Shown here: piece by piece, positions 24,000 to 35,859 of the stretch
Position numbering within the stretch: position 1 is the first letter of the stretch
How the letters are laid out: each line of letters opens with the position of its first letter
NCBI GenBank assembly: GCA_963761535.1
Contig: CAVXGS010000003.1
Span: 7,048-71,047, forward strand
DNA: 64,000 nt
Source: an uncultured Coriobacteriales bacterium
GTDB taxonomy: Bacteria; Actinomycetota; Coriobacteriia; Anaerosomatales; CAVXGS01
Direction: 5' to 3'
Notes under the pieces: model-generated
Seen by the model: only the letters and a program-made list of their open reading frames with translations
The model's database searches: none
Told to the model about the DNA's origin: nothing
Program-made: the position numbers and the translations under genes

Positions 24000-24434
24000 T
24001 TGAGTACGTACTACGCAAAGCCCGGTGAAGTCGAGCGCGAATGGCTGCTCGTCGACGCCACCGATATGGTGCTCGGCCGGCTGGCCAGCGAGATCGCCCA
24101 GATCCTCAAGGGCAAGCGCAAGCCGCAGTACACGCCGAATGTCGACACCGGTGACTTCGTCATCGTCATCAACGCCGAGAAGGTCCGCCTGACCGGCAAC
24201 AAGGCATTCACGAAGAACTACTACCGCCACAGCGGGTATCCCGGTGGGCTCAAGGAGGTCAGCTACCAGCGCATGCTGGAGAAGCACCCCGAGCGCGTCA
24301 TCGAGAAGGCCGTCAAGGGCATGCTCCCCAAGAACACGCTCGGCCGCGCCATGGGCAAGAAGCTCAAGGTCTACGCTGGCCCGCACCACCACCACGAGGC
24401 TCAGAAGCCGCGGCAGATCACCCTGGAGGCTTAG
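24000..24434 (+). CDS. rplM: 50S ribosomal protein L13
   Basis: [19 protein letters not shown]...[15 protein letters not shown]. Confidence 0.95.
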   Translation: MSTYYAKPGEVEREWLLVDATDMVLGRLASEIAQILKGKRKPQYTPNVDTGDFVIVINAEKVRLTGNKAFTKNYYRHSGYPGGLKEVSYQRMLEKHPERVIEKAVKGMLPKNTLGRAMGKKLKVYAGPHHHHEAQKPRQITLEA

Positions 24435-24437
24435 CGC

Positions 24438-24836
<399 letters not shown>

Positions 24837-24869
24837 GCGGCGGCTGGTCGACCAGCATCGAACCGAACC

Positions 24870-24900
24870 GAGGCTCGCCGCAATCGATGCGGCGAGCCTC
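24870..24900 (+). terminator. Hairpin terminator or attenuator after rpsI
   Basis: Perfect 13-bp stem GAGGCTCGCCGCA/TGCGGCGAGCCTC with a 5-nt loop. The U-tract is weak (GTTCATT). Confidence 0.55.
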
Positions 24901-24926
24901 GTTCATTCAGACGAAAGGCGTGATCC

Positions 24927-26261
24927 ATGGCCCGGCTCTTCGGCACCGACGGGGTGCGCGGCATCGCGAATGACGATCTAACTCCCGAGCTTGCGTTCCG
25001 CCTCGGCGAGGCAGCCGGTCACTTCCTCGGCGACGGGGGCCGGGGTCGGATCGTCGTGGGCCGAGACACCCGGCGCAGCGGCTACATGCTCGAGTCCGCG
25101 CTGGTGGCGGGCGTGATGTCCGGAGGAGCCGATGCGCTGGTCGCCGAGGTCGTTCCCACGCCGGCGGTCGCCCTGCTGACTCGTCAGCTCAACGCCGACG
25201 GAGGCGTGGTGATCTCGGCGTCGCACAACCCCGCCGAGTACAACGGCATCAAGTTCTTCAGCCGGGACGGTTTCAAGCTGCCCGACGAGGTCGAGACCGA
25301 GATCGAGGAGTTCCTGACCGCCGAGCGGGACTGGGTGCGTCCCACCGGTCCCGCCGTCGGGTGCATCGAGCCTGTGGTCGACGCCGTCGAGCGCTACATC
25401 GTGCACGCAGTGAGCACGGCCAGGGCCAGACTCGACGGCGTGCGCGTGGCTGTCGACTGCGGCCACGGCGCATCCGCGGTCGCTTCCCCCGAGGCCTTCG
25501 CCCGGCTCGGCGCGGATGTCACGGTGCTCAACGACGACTGGAACGGCGTCGACATCAATCGTGACTCGGGTTCGACCCACCTCGGCGCGCTCGCGAACGT
25601 CATGCGCGAAGGCGGCTACGATCTGGGCATCGCCCACGACGGCGACGCAGATCGGGTGATCGCGCTCGACGAGAACGGCGACGAGGTCGACGGCGACATG
25701 ATCATGGCGATCTGCGGCGCCCGGCTCCACGACCAGGGGCACCTCGCCTCGGACACCATCGTGAGCACGGTGATGTGCAATCTCGGCTTTGAGATCGCGA
25801 TGCGAGAGCGGGGCATCACCGTCATCAAGACCAAGGTCGGCGACCGCTACGTGCTCGAGCAGATGCAGACATCCGGCGCCGTGCTGGGCGGAGAGCAGTC
25901 GGGCCACATCATCTTCATGGAGCACAACACCACGGGCGACGGCCTCATCACCGCGATCCAGCTGGCGGTGGCGATGCAGGCTTCAGGCAAGCCGCTCTCC
26001 GAGCTCAAGCAGATCATGCGTCGGTATCCGCAGGTGCTCGTGAACGTGCACGTCGGCGACAAGACCCGCCTCGGCACGAGTCACGTGATCGCCGATGCGA
26101 TCAAGGCCGCCGAGGCACGCCTGGGCGACACGGGGCGCGTGCTGGTACGGGCGTCCGGCACCGAGCCGCTCGTGCGCGTGATGAGCGAGGCCGCCGACGA
26201 GGACGAGGCGCAGACCGTGGTCGACGGGCTCGTCGAGGTCGTGCGCAACGAGCTGGCCTAG
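24927..26261 (+). CDS. glmM: Phosphoglucosamine mutase
   Basis: MARLFGTDGVRG...SASHNPAEYNGIKF active-site serine loop. 444 aa. Confidence 0.95.
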   Translation: MARLFGTDGVRGIANDDLTPELAFRLGEAAGHFLGDGGRGRIVVGRDTRRSGYMLESALVAGVMSGGADALVAEVVPTPAVALLTRQLNADGGVVISASHNPAEYNGIKFFSRDGFKLPDEVETEIEEFLTAERDWVRPTGPAVGCIEPVVDAVERYIVHAVSTARARLDGVRVAVDCGHGASAVASPEAFARLGADVTVLNDDWNGVDINRDSGSTHLGALANVMREGGYDLGIAHDGDADRVIALDENGDEVDGDMIMAICGARLHDQGHLASDTIVSTVMCNLGFEIAMRERGITVIKTKVGDRYVLEQMQTSGAVLGGEQSGHIIFMEHNTTGDGLITAIQLAVAMQASGKPLSELKQIMRRYPQVLVNVHVGDKTRLGTSHVIADAIKAAEARLGDTGRVLVRASGTEPLVRVMSEAADEDEAQTVVDGLVEVVRNELA

Positions 26262-26410
26262 AGGCTCGCCCGCTCGGTCCCGGGGGCCGTCGACACGACA
26301 GCGAGCACCCTCACCTGAACTGCGTCTGGCTCGCGTCGCCGAGCCCGTGTAGCCTTCGGCAACCTCCGCGTTACGACCCCTTGCGCCGAGCGGGAGGGGC
26401 TGGCTCACGC

Positions 26411-26419
26411 TGGTATACT
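26411..26419 (+). promoter_or_regulatory. Possible extended -10 promoter (TGgTATACT) for the glmS leader
   Basis: Read from the sequence about 85 nt upstream of the ribozyme core. No good -35 hexamer. Confidence 0.35.
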
Positions 26420-26500
26420 CGCCCTCGTGCACAGGCAGACGAGCCACGACCAGTGAAGGGAGCGACGATCTCGAGCCAGACGGCTCACGCGATCCACGCA

Positions 26501-26660
26501 AGCGCCGGGACTGCGCACGCGCAGTCGACGAGGCGGGGGCTTATCGAAGGATTCGGCGGATGGCCCTCCGGCCCGACCGGGGTCGAAACGGCGTCGACAA
26601 ATCCCTCGGGTGACCGAGGAGACAAAACGACGACGGACCGGTCGCACCATCACTCGGGGA
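26501..26660 (+). ncRNA. glmS_ribozyme: glmS ribozyme (GlcN6P-dependent self-cleaving riboswitch) in the glmS 5' leader
   Basis: AGCGCC cleavage-site context, GACGAGG, CUUAUCGAAGGAUUCGGCGGAUGGCC core and CCUCGGGUGACCGAGG (P4) all match the conserved blocks of Bacillus/Thermoanaerobacter glmS ribozymes. It ends about 100 nt upstream of the glmS ATG. The 3' boundary is approximate. Confidence 0.85.
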
Positions 26661-26756
26661 GGATCGCCCCACACCGCTGCCCGTGCTGCACGCGCGCCTT
26701 CACGCGCGCGAGGACTCGAACTGCAGCGCTCACCTTGACGAAAGGTACGGACACCC

Positions 26757-28586
<1,830 letters not shown>

Positions 28587-28605
28587 CGACGAGGTGGACG
28601 GTTCC

Positions 28606-29118
28606 ATGATCGTCGGCCTGGGTGTCGACATCGTCGAGATCGAGCGGATGGGGGCGGCGCTTGCGCGTCGTCCCCGCATGAAGGAGCGGCTGTTCTCCGC
28701 CGAGGAGCGCGCGTACTGCGATGCCCGCGGCCGCCCCGAGGTCCACTACGCCCTGCGCTTCGCGGCCAAGGAGGCCGTGCTCAAGGCGTTGGGGACGGGG
28801 TTCTCGGGGATGAGGTTCACCGACGTCGAGGTGGTCCGCGAGGCGAACGGTCGCCCGGTGCCGCGGCTATCGGGCCGCGCCGCCGAGCGCGCCGAAGAGC
28901 TGGGTGTGATCGAGATGCACTTGTCGCTGTCGTTCACCCACACCACGGCGGTTGCCTCCGCGGTGGCTCTGACCGAGGGCGCACGGCCGCAGCCGAAGCC
29001 CGAGCCCGTCGATCCCATGGCCGAGCTCGCAGCGTCCTTCAAGGAGATGCGGGCGATGCTCGACGACCTCGGCCTCGACATCGACAGCGACGAGGAGCCG
29101 TCGGAATCCGAGGAGTAG
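28606..29118 (+). CDS. acpS: Holo-ACP synthase with an acidic C-terminal tail
   Basis: ORF 28594..29118. MIVGLGVDIVEIERM and FAAKEAVLKALG motifs. About 45 extra C-terminal residues rich in D/E. Confidence 0.85.
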   Translation: MIVGLGVDIVEIERMGAALARRPRMKERLFSAEERAYCDARGRPEVHYALRFAAKEAVLKALGTGFSGMRFTDVEVVREANGRPVPRLSGRAAERAEELGVIEMHLSLSFTHTTAVASAVALTEGARPQPKPEPVDPMAELAASFKEMRAMLDDLGLDIDSDEEPSESEE

Positions 29119-29152
29119 ACTCCGAGGCGTCTTCGATGGGGAGGGCCGTCCT

Positions 29153-30676
29153 TTGATCCGAGCATTGACCGCCGAGCAGGTCCGGACCGCCGAGCAGCGC
29201 GCTGTCGCCGATCGTGGGGCGAGCCTCGAAGCCCTGATGCGCCGGGCGGGGGAGGCCGTCGCCGAGGCGGTCGAGGAGCTCGCTCACGGCGACGTCATCG
29301 TGCTTGCGGGCCGCGGCAACAACGGCGGAGACGGCTGGGTCGCGGCGCGCGTGCTCCACGCCGAGGGGCGGCGCGTGCGCGTGCTTTCGCTCGCCGACCC
29401 CGCCACCCTCGACGGTCCCGCTGCCGCGGCAGCGGCCGAAGCGGTCGCCGCCGGCGTGGAGTGGCACGTGCCCACGACACCGCCGTCGGCTGACGAGCTC
29501 GCCACGGCCGACGTGATCGTGGACGCACTGTTGGGCATCGGCGCGTCGGGTCCACTGCGCGAGCCGCTTCCCGATTGGGTCGACGCGGCAGCCGAGAGCG
29601 GCAGCATGATCGTGAGTGCCGACATCCCCACCGGTATCGATGCGGACAGCGGACGGGTGCAGGGCACCGCGATTCCCGCGGACGTGACGGTGACATTCTC
29701 TGCGCTGAAGCCCGGGCTGGTCACCTTCCCCGGCGCCGAGTATGCCGGAGACGTGGTGGTCGCCGATGTGGGTATCGCGCCGGCGCTCCTCGACTTCGGC
29801 GACGCGCCGGAGGTGTGGGAGGAGTCCGAGTACGCCGATCTGCTGCCGCTGCCGGCTCCCGACGCGCACAAGGACAGCCGCGGGAGGGTGCTCGTGGTGG
29901 CCGGATCGGCGGCCTATCCGGGCGCTGCGGTGCTCGCTGCCAAAGGCGCCCAGCGCGCAGGTGCGGGATACGTCACGCTCGCGTGCCCGGAGCTGGTGGT
30001 GCCTGTCGCCCATCAGCACCTCGTGGCCGCCACCGTGGTGGGCATGCCGTCGGCGCATCGGGCGTTCTCGTCGCGCGCGCTCGAACGGATCCTCGTCCTC
30101 GCCCAGGACTACGACGCCGTGGTGCTCGGCCCCGGTCTCACCCTCGCCGACGGATCGGTGGTCGTCGCGCGCGGCCTGGTCGCACAGCTGGACCGGCCGC
30201 TCGTCGTGGACGCCGATGCCCTCAACGCGCTCGTGGACGCCGTCGACCTGGTCGCAGCCCGCAAAGCGCCGACCGTGCTCACACCCCACCCGGGGGAGAT
30301 GGGCCGCCTCCTGGGCATCCCCACCTCAGCCGTGCAGGAGGACCGCATCGACGCCGCGGACCGTCTCGCCTCCGCCTCGACCGCGGTCGTGCTGAAGGGG
30401 GCAGGGACGGTCGTCTCCACCGGGCAGCGGCGGGTCATCGTGACGTCAGGGACCCCCGCACTCGCAACGGCCGGTACCGGCGACGTGCTGTCCGGCGTGA
30501 TCGGCGCGCTGCTCGCCAGCGGTCTCGAGCCACTCGAAGCTGCCGCGCTTGGCGCATACTGGCATGGGCGTGCGGGCGAGGCTGCCGCCGCAGCGCTCAC
30601 GTCCGTGAGCGTGACCGCCGAGGACATCCCCAGCTTCCTGCCCGCGGCCGCAGCGGAGCTTCTCGGCTGCTGGTAG
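29153..30676 (+). CDS. nnr: Bifunctional NAD(P)H-hydrate repair enzyme (epimerase + ADP-dependent dehydratase)
   Basis: 507 aa. N-terminal YjeF_N (GRGNNGGDGWV) and a C-terminal carbohydrate-kinase-like domain (GTGDVLSG). Confidence 0.88.
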   Translation: MIRALTAEQVRTAEQRAVADRGASLEALMRRAGEAVAEAVEELAHGDVIVLAGRGNNGGDGWVAARVLHAEGRRVRVLSLADPATLDGPAAAAAAEAVAAGVEWHVPTTPPSADELATADVIVDALLGIGASGPLREPLPDWVDAAAESGSMIVSADIPTGIDADSGRVQGTAIPADVTVTFSALKPGLVTFPGAEYAGDVVVADVGIAPALLDFGDAPEVWEESEYADLLPLPAPDAHKDSRGRVLVVAGSAAYPGAAVLAAKGAQRAGAGYVTLACPELVVPVAHQHLVAATVVGMPSAHRAFSSRALERILVLAQDYDAVVLGPGLTLADGSVVVARGLVAQLDRPLVVDADALNALVDAVDLVAARKAPTVLTPHPGEMGRLLGIPTSAVQEDRIDAADRLASASTAVVLKGAGTVVSTGQRRVIVTSGTPALATAGTGDVLSGVIGALLASGLEPLEAAALGAYWHGRAGEAAAAALTSVSVTAEDIPSFLPAAAAELLGCW

Positions 30677-30734
30677 TCTCGACTGCGTACGACCGAAGCC
30701 GACATGAAGCGACTCAACGCGAAGGGTGCTGCGC

Positions 30735-31193
30735 ATGGCTGACAGAACGGTAGCGGAGATCATGAGTGCGAACCCGGTGACGGTCACCCCGGAAATGGGG
30801 GTCACGGAGGCGGCGAAGCTCATGGTCGCGAACCGGATCGGCGCGCTGCCGGTGCTCGACGAGGGGCGCCTGGTGGGGCTCGTCACCGAGGGCGATCTCA
30901 TCCATCAGGACGTCAAGCTCGAGTTCCCCACCTACATACAGCTTCTCGACGGCTTCATCATGTACCCGCCGTCGCAGACGAAGTTCGAGAACGAGCTGAA
31001 GAAGGCGGTCGCCGCGAAGGTGGGCGAGGTCATGACGCCCGAGCCGATCACCGTCCAGGCGGATACGTCGATCGAGGACGTCGCGACCCTGCTCGTGGAG
31101 CGCGATGTGAGCCGGCTCCCCGTCCTCGACGGCGACCTGCTCGTCGGTATCGTCACCAAGGGCGACATCGTCCGCTCGCTCGTGGAGGAGTAG
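30735..31193 (+). CDS. CBS-pair domain protein
   Basis: ORF 30726..31193. Two CBS repeats (IGALPVLDEGRLVGLVTEGDL; VSRLPVLDGDLLVGIVTKGDI). Confidence 0.8.
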   Translation: MADRTVAEIMSANPVTVTPEMGVTEAAKLMVANRIGALPVLDEGRLVGLVTEGDLIHQDVKLEFPTYIQLLDGFIMYPPSQTKFENELKKAVAAKVGEVMTPEPITVQADTSIEDVATLLVERDVSRLPVLDGDLLVGIVTKGDIVRSLVEE

Positions 31194-31199
31194 GCGTCG

Positions 31200-32324
31200 G
31201 TGTCTGCTTCCGAGCGCCGCTGGGCATGGGCCGAGATCGATCTCTCGGCGATCGCGCACAACGTCCGCGCGCTCAACGCGCTCACCCCTGCCCGCACCCG
31301 GTTCATGGCCGTGGTGAAGGCCGACGGCTACGGGCACGGTGCGGTTCCGGTCGCTCGTGCGGCGCTCTCCGCCGGCGCGACGGATCTGGGCGTCGCTACC
31401 GTGACCGAGGCGCTCGTAGTTCGGGACGCGGGGTTCACCGAACCGCTTCTGCTTCTCTCGGAGCCGCCGGTCGAGACCGTCGAGACGCTTCTGGAGCGCG
31501 ACATCGTGCCCACGGTCACGACCCGCGACTTCGCCGTCGCCTACGCCAAGGCGGCGCTCGCGAAGGGGACCGAGGGGCGCTACCACCTCAAGATCGACAC
31601 CGGTATGAACCGCATCGGCGTGCGCGCCGAGGATGCCGCCGAGTTCGCCTACGGCCTCAAGGACTTCCCCGGGCTCTCGCTCGCAGGGACGTTCACCCAC
31701 TTCGCGACCGCGGATGTTCCCGGCGACTGGGACGTCGCCCGCCAGCTCGAGCGGTTCTCGGCGGCGTTGGAAGACATGCGCACCGAGGGCGCGAACCCCG
31801 AGATCGTTCACGCCGCGAATAGTCCCGCCACCGTGCTGTACCCCGAGTCGCACTTCGACATGGTGCGCTGCGGCATCGCCATCTACGGCCTGTGGCCGGC
31901 TGACGCGGTCCGTGGTCGGATCGATCTGAGGCCCGCGATGTCGGTCAAGGCACGCTCCACTCTGGTGAAGCGCATCGGGATCGGCGAGGGCGTGAGCTAC
32001 GGGCTCACCTGGCAGGCCGCGGCCCCGTCAACGATCGCGACGCTCCCGCTGGGCTACGCCGACGGAGTCCACCGCGTGCTCAGCAACTCGATGAAGGTGC
32101 TGCTCTCAGGGGTGCGCGCGCAGCAGGTCGGCAGGGTGTGCATGGACCAGCTGATGGTCGAGGTTCCCCGGGGGGTGGCGTTCGAGCGAGGCGACGAGGT
32201 CGTGCTCGTGGGGAGCCAGGGCCGTGAGGCGATCTCGATGGAGGAGCTCGCCTCGCTCGCCGGCACGATCAACTACGAACTCGCCTGCGGGTTCGGCCAG
32301 CGCCTGGAGCGCGTCTACCGCTAG
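31200..32324 (+). CDS. alr: Alanine racemase
   Basis: AVVKADGYGHG PLP-lysine motif. 374 aa. Confidence 0.93.
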   Translation: MSASERRWAWAEIDLSAIAHNVRALNALTPARTRFMAVVKADGYGHGAVPVARAALSAGATDLGVATVTEALVVRDAGFTEPLLLLSEPPVETVETLLERDIVPTVTTRDFAVAYAKAALAKGTEGRYHLKIDTGMNRIGVRAEDAAEFAYGLKDFPGLSLAGTFTHFATADVPGDWDVARQLERFSAALEDMRTEGANPEIVHAANSPATVLYPESHFDMVRCGIAIYGLWPADAVRGRIDLRPAMSVKARSTLVKRIGIGEGVSYGLTWQAAAPSTIATLPLGYADGVHRVLSNSMKVLLSGVRAQQVGRVCMDQLMVEVPRGVAFERGDEVVLVGSQGREAISMEELASLAGTINYELACGFGQRLERVYR

Positions 32325-32492
32325 CGTCCTCGCGCGCCCGCCCGCGCGCGGGCGCCCCCCGGAACTCGTCGGATAAGCGGGCTTCGCTCGGCAGGAGTGG
32401 TACCCCCGTCGCCGAATGGACTCATGGGGCGCTTTCGATTCTTCGTGCTGCCCCCTGTGCAACTCGCCGTTCGTCATGCGTGAGGAGCAAGC

Positions 32493-32861
32493 GTGGAAGA
32501 CAAGGTCGCTCAGGAGGTCAAGTTCCACCAAGAGACCGTCGAGACGGATCAGAACTCCCCGCTCCACCTCATCCGCGAGAAGGAGATCGAGATCTCCGGT
32601 CGGGTGTTGCGGGCGAAGCGTGAGTCCGACGAGATCGTTGCCGATGCTCGCCGGAAGGCAGCGGAGCTCGTATCCGCCGCGGAGAACGAAGGCAGCGAGG
32701 GCGGCGACCAGCGCCGCGGACAGATCGCTGCCGAGGCCGACGCCGAGGCGGAGAAGGTCGCCGCGGAGTCGCAAGCTGAGGTCTCAGAGCTCGAGGCGAA
32801 GATCGCGAGCCAACGCGATCGCGCCGTCGAGCTGGTACTCGAAGCAGTAGCTCGAGTCTGA
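32493..32861 (+). CDS. Small coiled-coil protein, probable V/A-ATPase peripheral-stalk subunit (G/H-like)
   Basis: 122 aa, Glu/Ala/Arg-rich helical sequence. First gene of the ATPase operon, in the position of the stalk subunit in bacterial V-type operons. The assignment rests on position and composition only. Confidence 0.5.
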   Translation: MEDKVAQEVKFHQETVETDQNSPLHLIREKEIEISGRVLRAKRESDEIVADARRKAAELVSAAENEGSEGGDQRRGQIAAEADAEAEKVAAESQAEVSELEAKIASQRDRAVELVLEAVARV

Positions 32862-32898
32862 CCGGGGACAGGCCAGGCGCGAACGACCGTAGGGGAGG

Positions 32899-34932
32899 TT
32901 GGTCAGCGTGCTCGTCCCAATGACGAAGGTCGAGATCATCGGCCCGAAGAGCGAGTTCCTCGACGTGGTCGAGACCCTGCACGAGCAGGGCACCGTCCAC
33001 ATCGAGGACCTCTCAAAGCGGATCGCCACCGGCGAGCTCGCCATCGACCAGATGGAGATGGCGGGCGACGAGTTCCAGGCTTACGACAAGCTGGACGAGA
33101 TGCTGCTGCGCGTCCGCGCGATCCTCAAGGCGCTGCACGCTCCGGCTGGGGGGCTGGATAGCGCCGCGCGCAAGGAGGAGTACCACCGCCTGTGGAAGCT
33201 GGAGCCTGACGAGCTCGCGGGCGAGATCGGCGACACGATCAATGAGGTCGAGGACCGAACCGCCGACCTCGCGGCGCTGCACACCGCAGCCGAGTCAGAG
33301 ATCGCGCTGCTCGCCCGCTACGAGCCGATCCTGGGCAAGATCCAGCCGCTCGCGCGCCAGCTGGTGGTCACGGGGGCCTTCGAGACCGTCGCTCTGCTCG
33401 TCGAGCGCCGGTACAAGGCGGGCCTCGAGGAGCTCAACAAGGAGCTCAACAAGCTCACGAACAACCAGTGCGAGATCATCTCGCAGGACATCGACGAGAA
33501 CACGACCGCCGCGATCGTCGTCTACTCCAAGGCGTACGGGGACGCGGTCCACAAGTTCCTGGCGATGGAGAACGTCAACCAGATCCGCCTCCCCGACGAC
33601 TTCAAGGACATGCCTCTCGATGCCGCGTACCACGAGATCAAGGTGCGCCGCGAGGAGCTGCCCGGCGAGATGGAACGCATCCGCAAGGAGCTCGACGAGC
33701 TCTCGGCCAAGTGGTACCTGAAGCTGACGGCCTCCGCGGACGTGCTCGTGGACAAGCTCGACGAACTTCAGGCGATTCCCAAGTTCGGCCGCACCGACTA
33801 CGCGTTCATGATCGTCGGCTGGGTGCCCTCGAACGACTGCAAGCAGGTCGAGGACCGTCTGACCGAGCGCTTCGGCAAGGAAGTCATCATCACCAGGTGC
33901 GAGATGACCGAGAAGGACTTCGGTGACGCACCGGTCGCGCTCAAGAACGCCAAGGCCGTGGCCCCCTACCAGGCTCTGCTGGGTGTCATGGGCAAGCCGC
34001 AGTACGGGACGATGGACCCGACGTTCCTGCTTGCGATCTTCTACCCGCTGTTCTTCGGCATGATCGTCGGCGACATCGGATACGGCGCCATCATGCTCGC
34101 CACGGTCGTGTGGCTCAGGATGAAGTTCAAGGACAACGAATCCATCGGGCTCGCGACCGGCGTTCTGGGACCCGCGTGCACGTTGGCAATCGCGTTCGGA
34201 TTCATCTACGCGGAGTTCTTCGGCAACCTGTTCAGCAAGTACATCCCGCTGCTGCCGCTGATCGAGCCCATCAACGGGGTCCCCACTCTCGAGAACAACC
34301 CGCTCATCCCACCGCTCTACAACGCCGCCGGCGCCCTCATCTGGCCGTTCAGCCGCATCAGCTCGGCGACGACGCTTCTGGTGATCGCGATCGCGGTCGG
34401 CTTCGTGCAGGTCTCGCTCGGCCTGATCCTCGGCATGTACAACGGCATCAAGACCGGGCATCGCAAGCACGTGTGGGAGAAGGGCGGACTGCTCGCCTTC
34501 CTCATCGGCATGCTGATCCTGATCCTGGCCTCGATGCTGACCCTCGCGGGTGACATGGGCCGCTACGTACTGCAGGCCGCCGGAGGTCTGATCCTCTTCG
34601 TCGGCATCATCTACGCCATCCGCGGTGGAGGGATCGTTGGGGCCCTCGAAACGGTGGGCAGCGTGGCCCACATCATGTCCTACGCCCGTATCATGGCCGT
34701 CGGCCTGGCGGGTGCGATCTTCGCGGACGCAGCGAACGGGATGGGGGAGGCCCTCGGCTCGCCGATCCTCGGCATCCTGATCGCGATACCGCTCCAGGCG
34801 CTGAACATCGTGCTCGCGGCGTTCAGCCCCAACATTCATGCGATCCGTCTCAACTTCCTGGAGTTCTTTGGGAAGTTCTACGAGACCGGGAGCAAAGAGT
34901 ATGCACCGTTCCACAAGACCGGAGGGGAGTAG
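32899..34932 (+). CDS. atpI: V/A-type ATPase subunit I (a-subunit, proton channel)
   Basis: 677 aa. Soluble N-terminal half plus a polytopic C-terminal half with the conserved Arg context (SYARIMAVGLAG). The start may be GTG 32908 or ATG 32920. Confidence 0.88.
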   Translation: MVSVLVPMTKVEIIGPKSEFLDVVETLHEQGTVHIEDLSKRIATGELAIDQMEMAGDEFQAYDKLDEMLLRVRAILKALHAPAGGLDSAARKEEYHRLWKLEPDELAGEIGDTINEVEDRTADLAALHTAAESEIALLARYEPILGKIQPLARQLVVTGAFETVALLVERRYKAGLEELNKELNKLTNNQCEIISQDIDENTTAAIVVYSKAYGDAVHKFLAMENVNQIRLPDDFKDMPLDAAYHEIKVRREELPGEMERIRKELDELSAKWYLKLTASADVLVDKLDELQAIPKFGRTDYAFMIVGWVPSNDCKQVEDRLTERFGKEVIITRCEMTEKDFGDAPVALKNAKAVAPYQALLGVMGKPQYGTMDPTFLLAIFYPLFFGMIVGDIGYGAIMLATVVWLRMKFKDNESIGLATGVLGPACTLAIAFGFIYAEFFGNLFSKYIPLLPLIEPINGVPTLENNPLIPPLYNAAGALIWPFSRISSATTLLVIAIAVGFVQVSLGLILGMYNGIKTGHRKHVWEKGGLLAFLIGMLILILASMLTLAGDMGRYVLQAAGGLILFVGIIYAIRGGGIVGALETVGSVAHIMSYARIMAVGLAGAIFADAANGMGEALGSPILGILIAIPLQALNIVLAAFSPNIHAIRLNFLEFFGKFYETGSKEYAPFHKTGGE

Positions 34933-34935
34933 TAC

Positions 34936-35256
34936 ATGAGCAAGAGGTTGAGCAAGTTCGTATTCGGTTCGGCGTTCCTCATGACGGTGCTGCTGCCGGC
35001 GATCGCGCTGGCGCAGGAGACCGCACCCGCACCCGAGCCCACGGGCATCGGCGCCTGGGGCAAGCCCATGGGTGCCGCCCTGGCCATCGGCCTGTCGGCG
35101 CTGTCCGCCGGTTGGGCGCAGTCCAGGATCGGTTCCGCCGGTCAGGGCACGCTCGCCGAGCGTCCTGAGGAGCGCGTGTTCGTCCTCGCGCTCACCGCTC
35201 TCCCGGAAGTCATCGTTCTCCTCGGCTTCGTTATGGCCATCCTCATCGTCGGCTAG
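34936..35256 (+). CDS. atpK: V/A-type ATPase proteolipid subunit K (c-ring)
   Basis: 106 aa. N-terminal hydrophobic leader plus one helical hairpin carrying the carboxylate (LPEVIVLLGF). Confidence 0.85.
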   Translation: MSKRLSKFVFGSAFLMTVLLPAIALAQETAPAPEPTGIGAWGKPMGAALAIGLSALSAGWAQSRIGSAGQGTLAERPEERVFVLALTALPEVIVLLGFVMAILIVG

Positions 35257-35280
35257 CAGTCCTGCACCCAGGAGGTACCG

Positions 35281-35859
35281 GTGGCCATAGAAGATATCCT
35301 CCGGGCACTCGAGGAGCAGGGCCAGGCGGACTGCGAGGCATGCACCGAAGAGGCCCGGGCGCACGCGGCCCAGATCATCGAGGACGCTACGACGAGGGCG
35401 CAATCGATCCACCAGAACCACATGGCGGCGATCGAGCGCTCCGCGCACGGCGACGCCAGGAAGCGCGTGAACGCGGCGCGGCTCAAGGGGCGCATGCAGG
35501 TCTCCACCGTCCGCGGTGACGGTCTCGACGCCGTGTTCGGCACCGCCCGGCAGCAGCTTGTCCGCCTGCGGCAGCGCGGGGACTACCCGCAGCTGTTCTC
35601 GGCGCTCGCTCGCGAGGCGCTGGATGGCGTCAGCGGACCGGTCGTGATCCGCGTTGCCGCCGCCGACACCGAGATCGCCCGTCAGACGGCGGCGCAGCTG
35701 AACGCCGACGCAGAGGTCCGCGGCGATCTAGAGACCGCGGGCGGACTCGTCGTCGAGTCCGCCGGGGGCAAGATCGTGCGCCGCAACACGTTCGAAGACC
35801 GGCTCGACCGGGCTCGGCCCTACATCCAGTCGGATGTGGCGAGGGTGCTGCTCGCATGA
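35281..35859 (+). CDS. atpE: V/A-type ATPase subunit E
   Basis: 192 aa. Long N-terminal helix and a globular C-terminus (GGLVVESAGGKIVRRNTFEDRL). Confidence 0.85.
   Translation: MAIEDILRALEEQGQADCEACTEEARAHAAQIIEDATTRAQSIHQNHMAAIERSAHGDARKRVNAARLKGRMQVSTVRGDGLDAVFGTARQQLVRLRQRGDYPQLFSALAREALDGVSGPVVIRVAAADTEIARQTAAQLNADAEVRGDLETAGGLVVESAGGKIVRRNTFEDRLDRARPYIQSDVARVLLA

Noticed and set aside
32325-32492. GC palindrome GCGCCCGC…GCGGGCGC after alr as an intrinsic terminator, and a promoter for the ATPase operon.
   Set aside because: There is no U-tract after the hairpin, and I could not find convincing -35/-10 hexamers. The evidence is too weak to annotate.
34936-35040. Signal-peptide-like N-terminus (…LLPAIALAQE) on the V-ATPase proteolipid subunit K.
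   Set aside because: A similar N-terminal hydrophobic leader is present on characterised bacterial A/V-type c/L subunits (for example Thermus), so it is a family feature.
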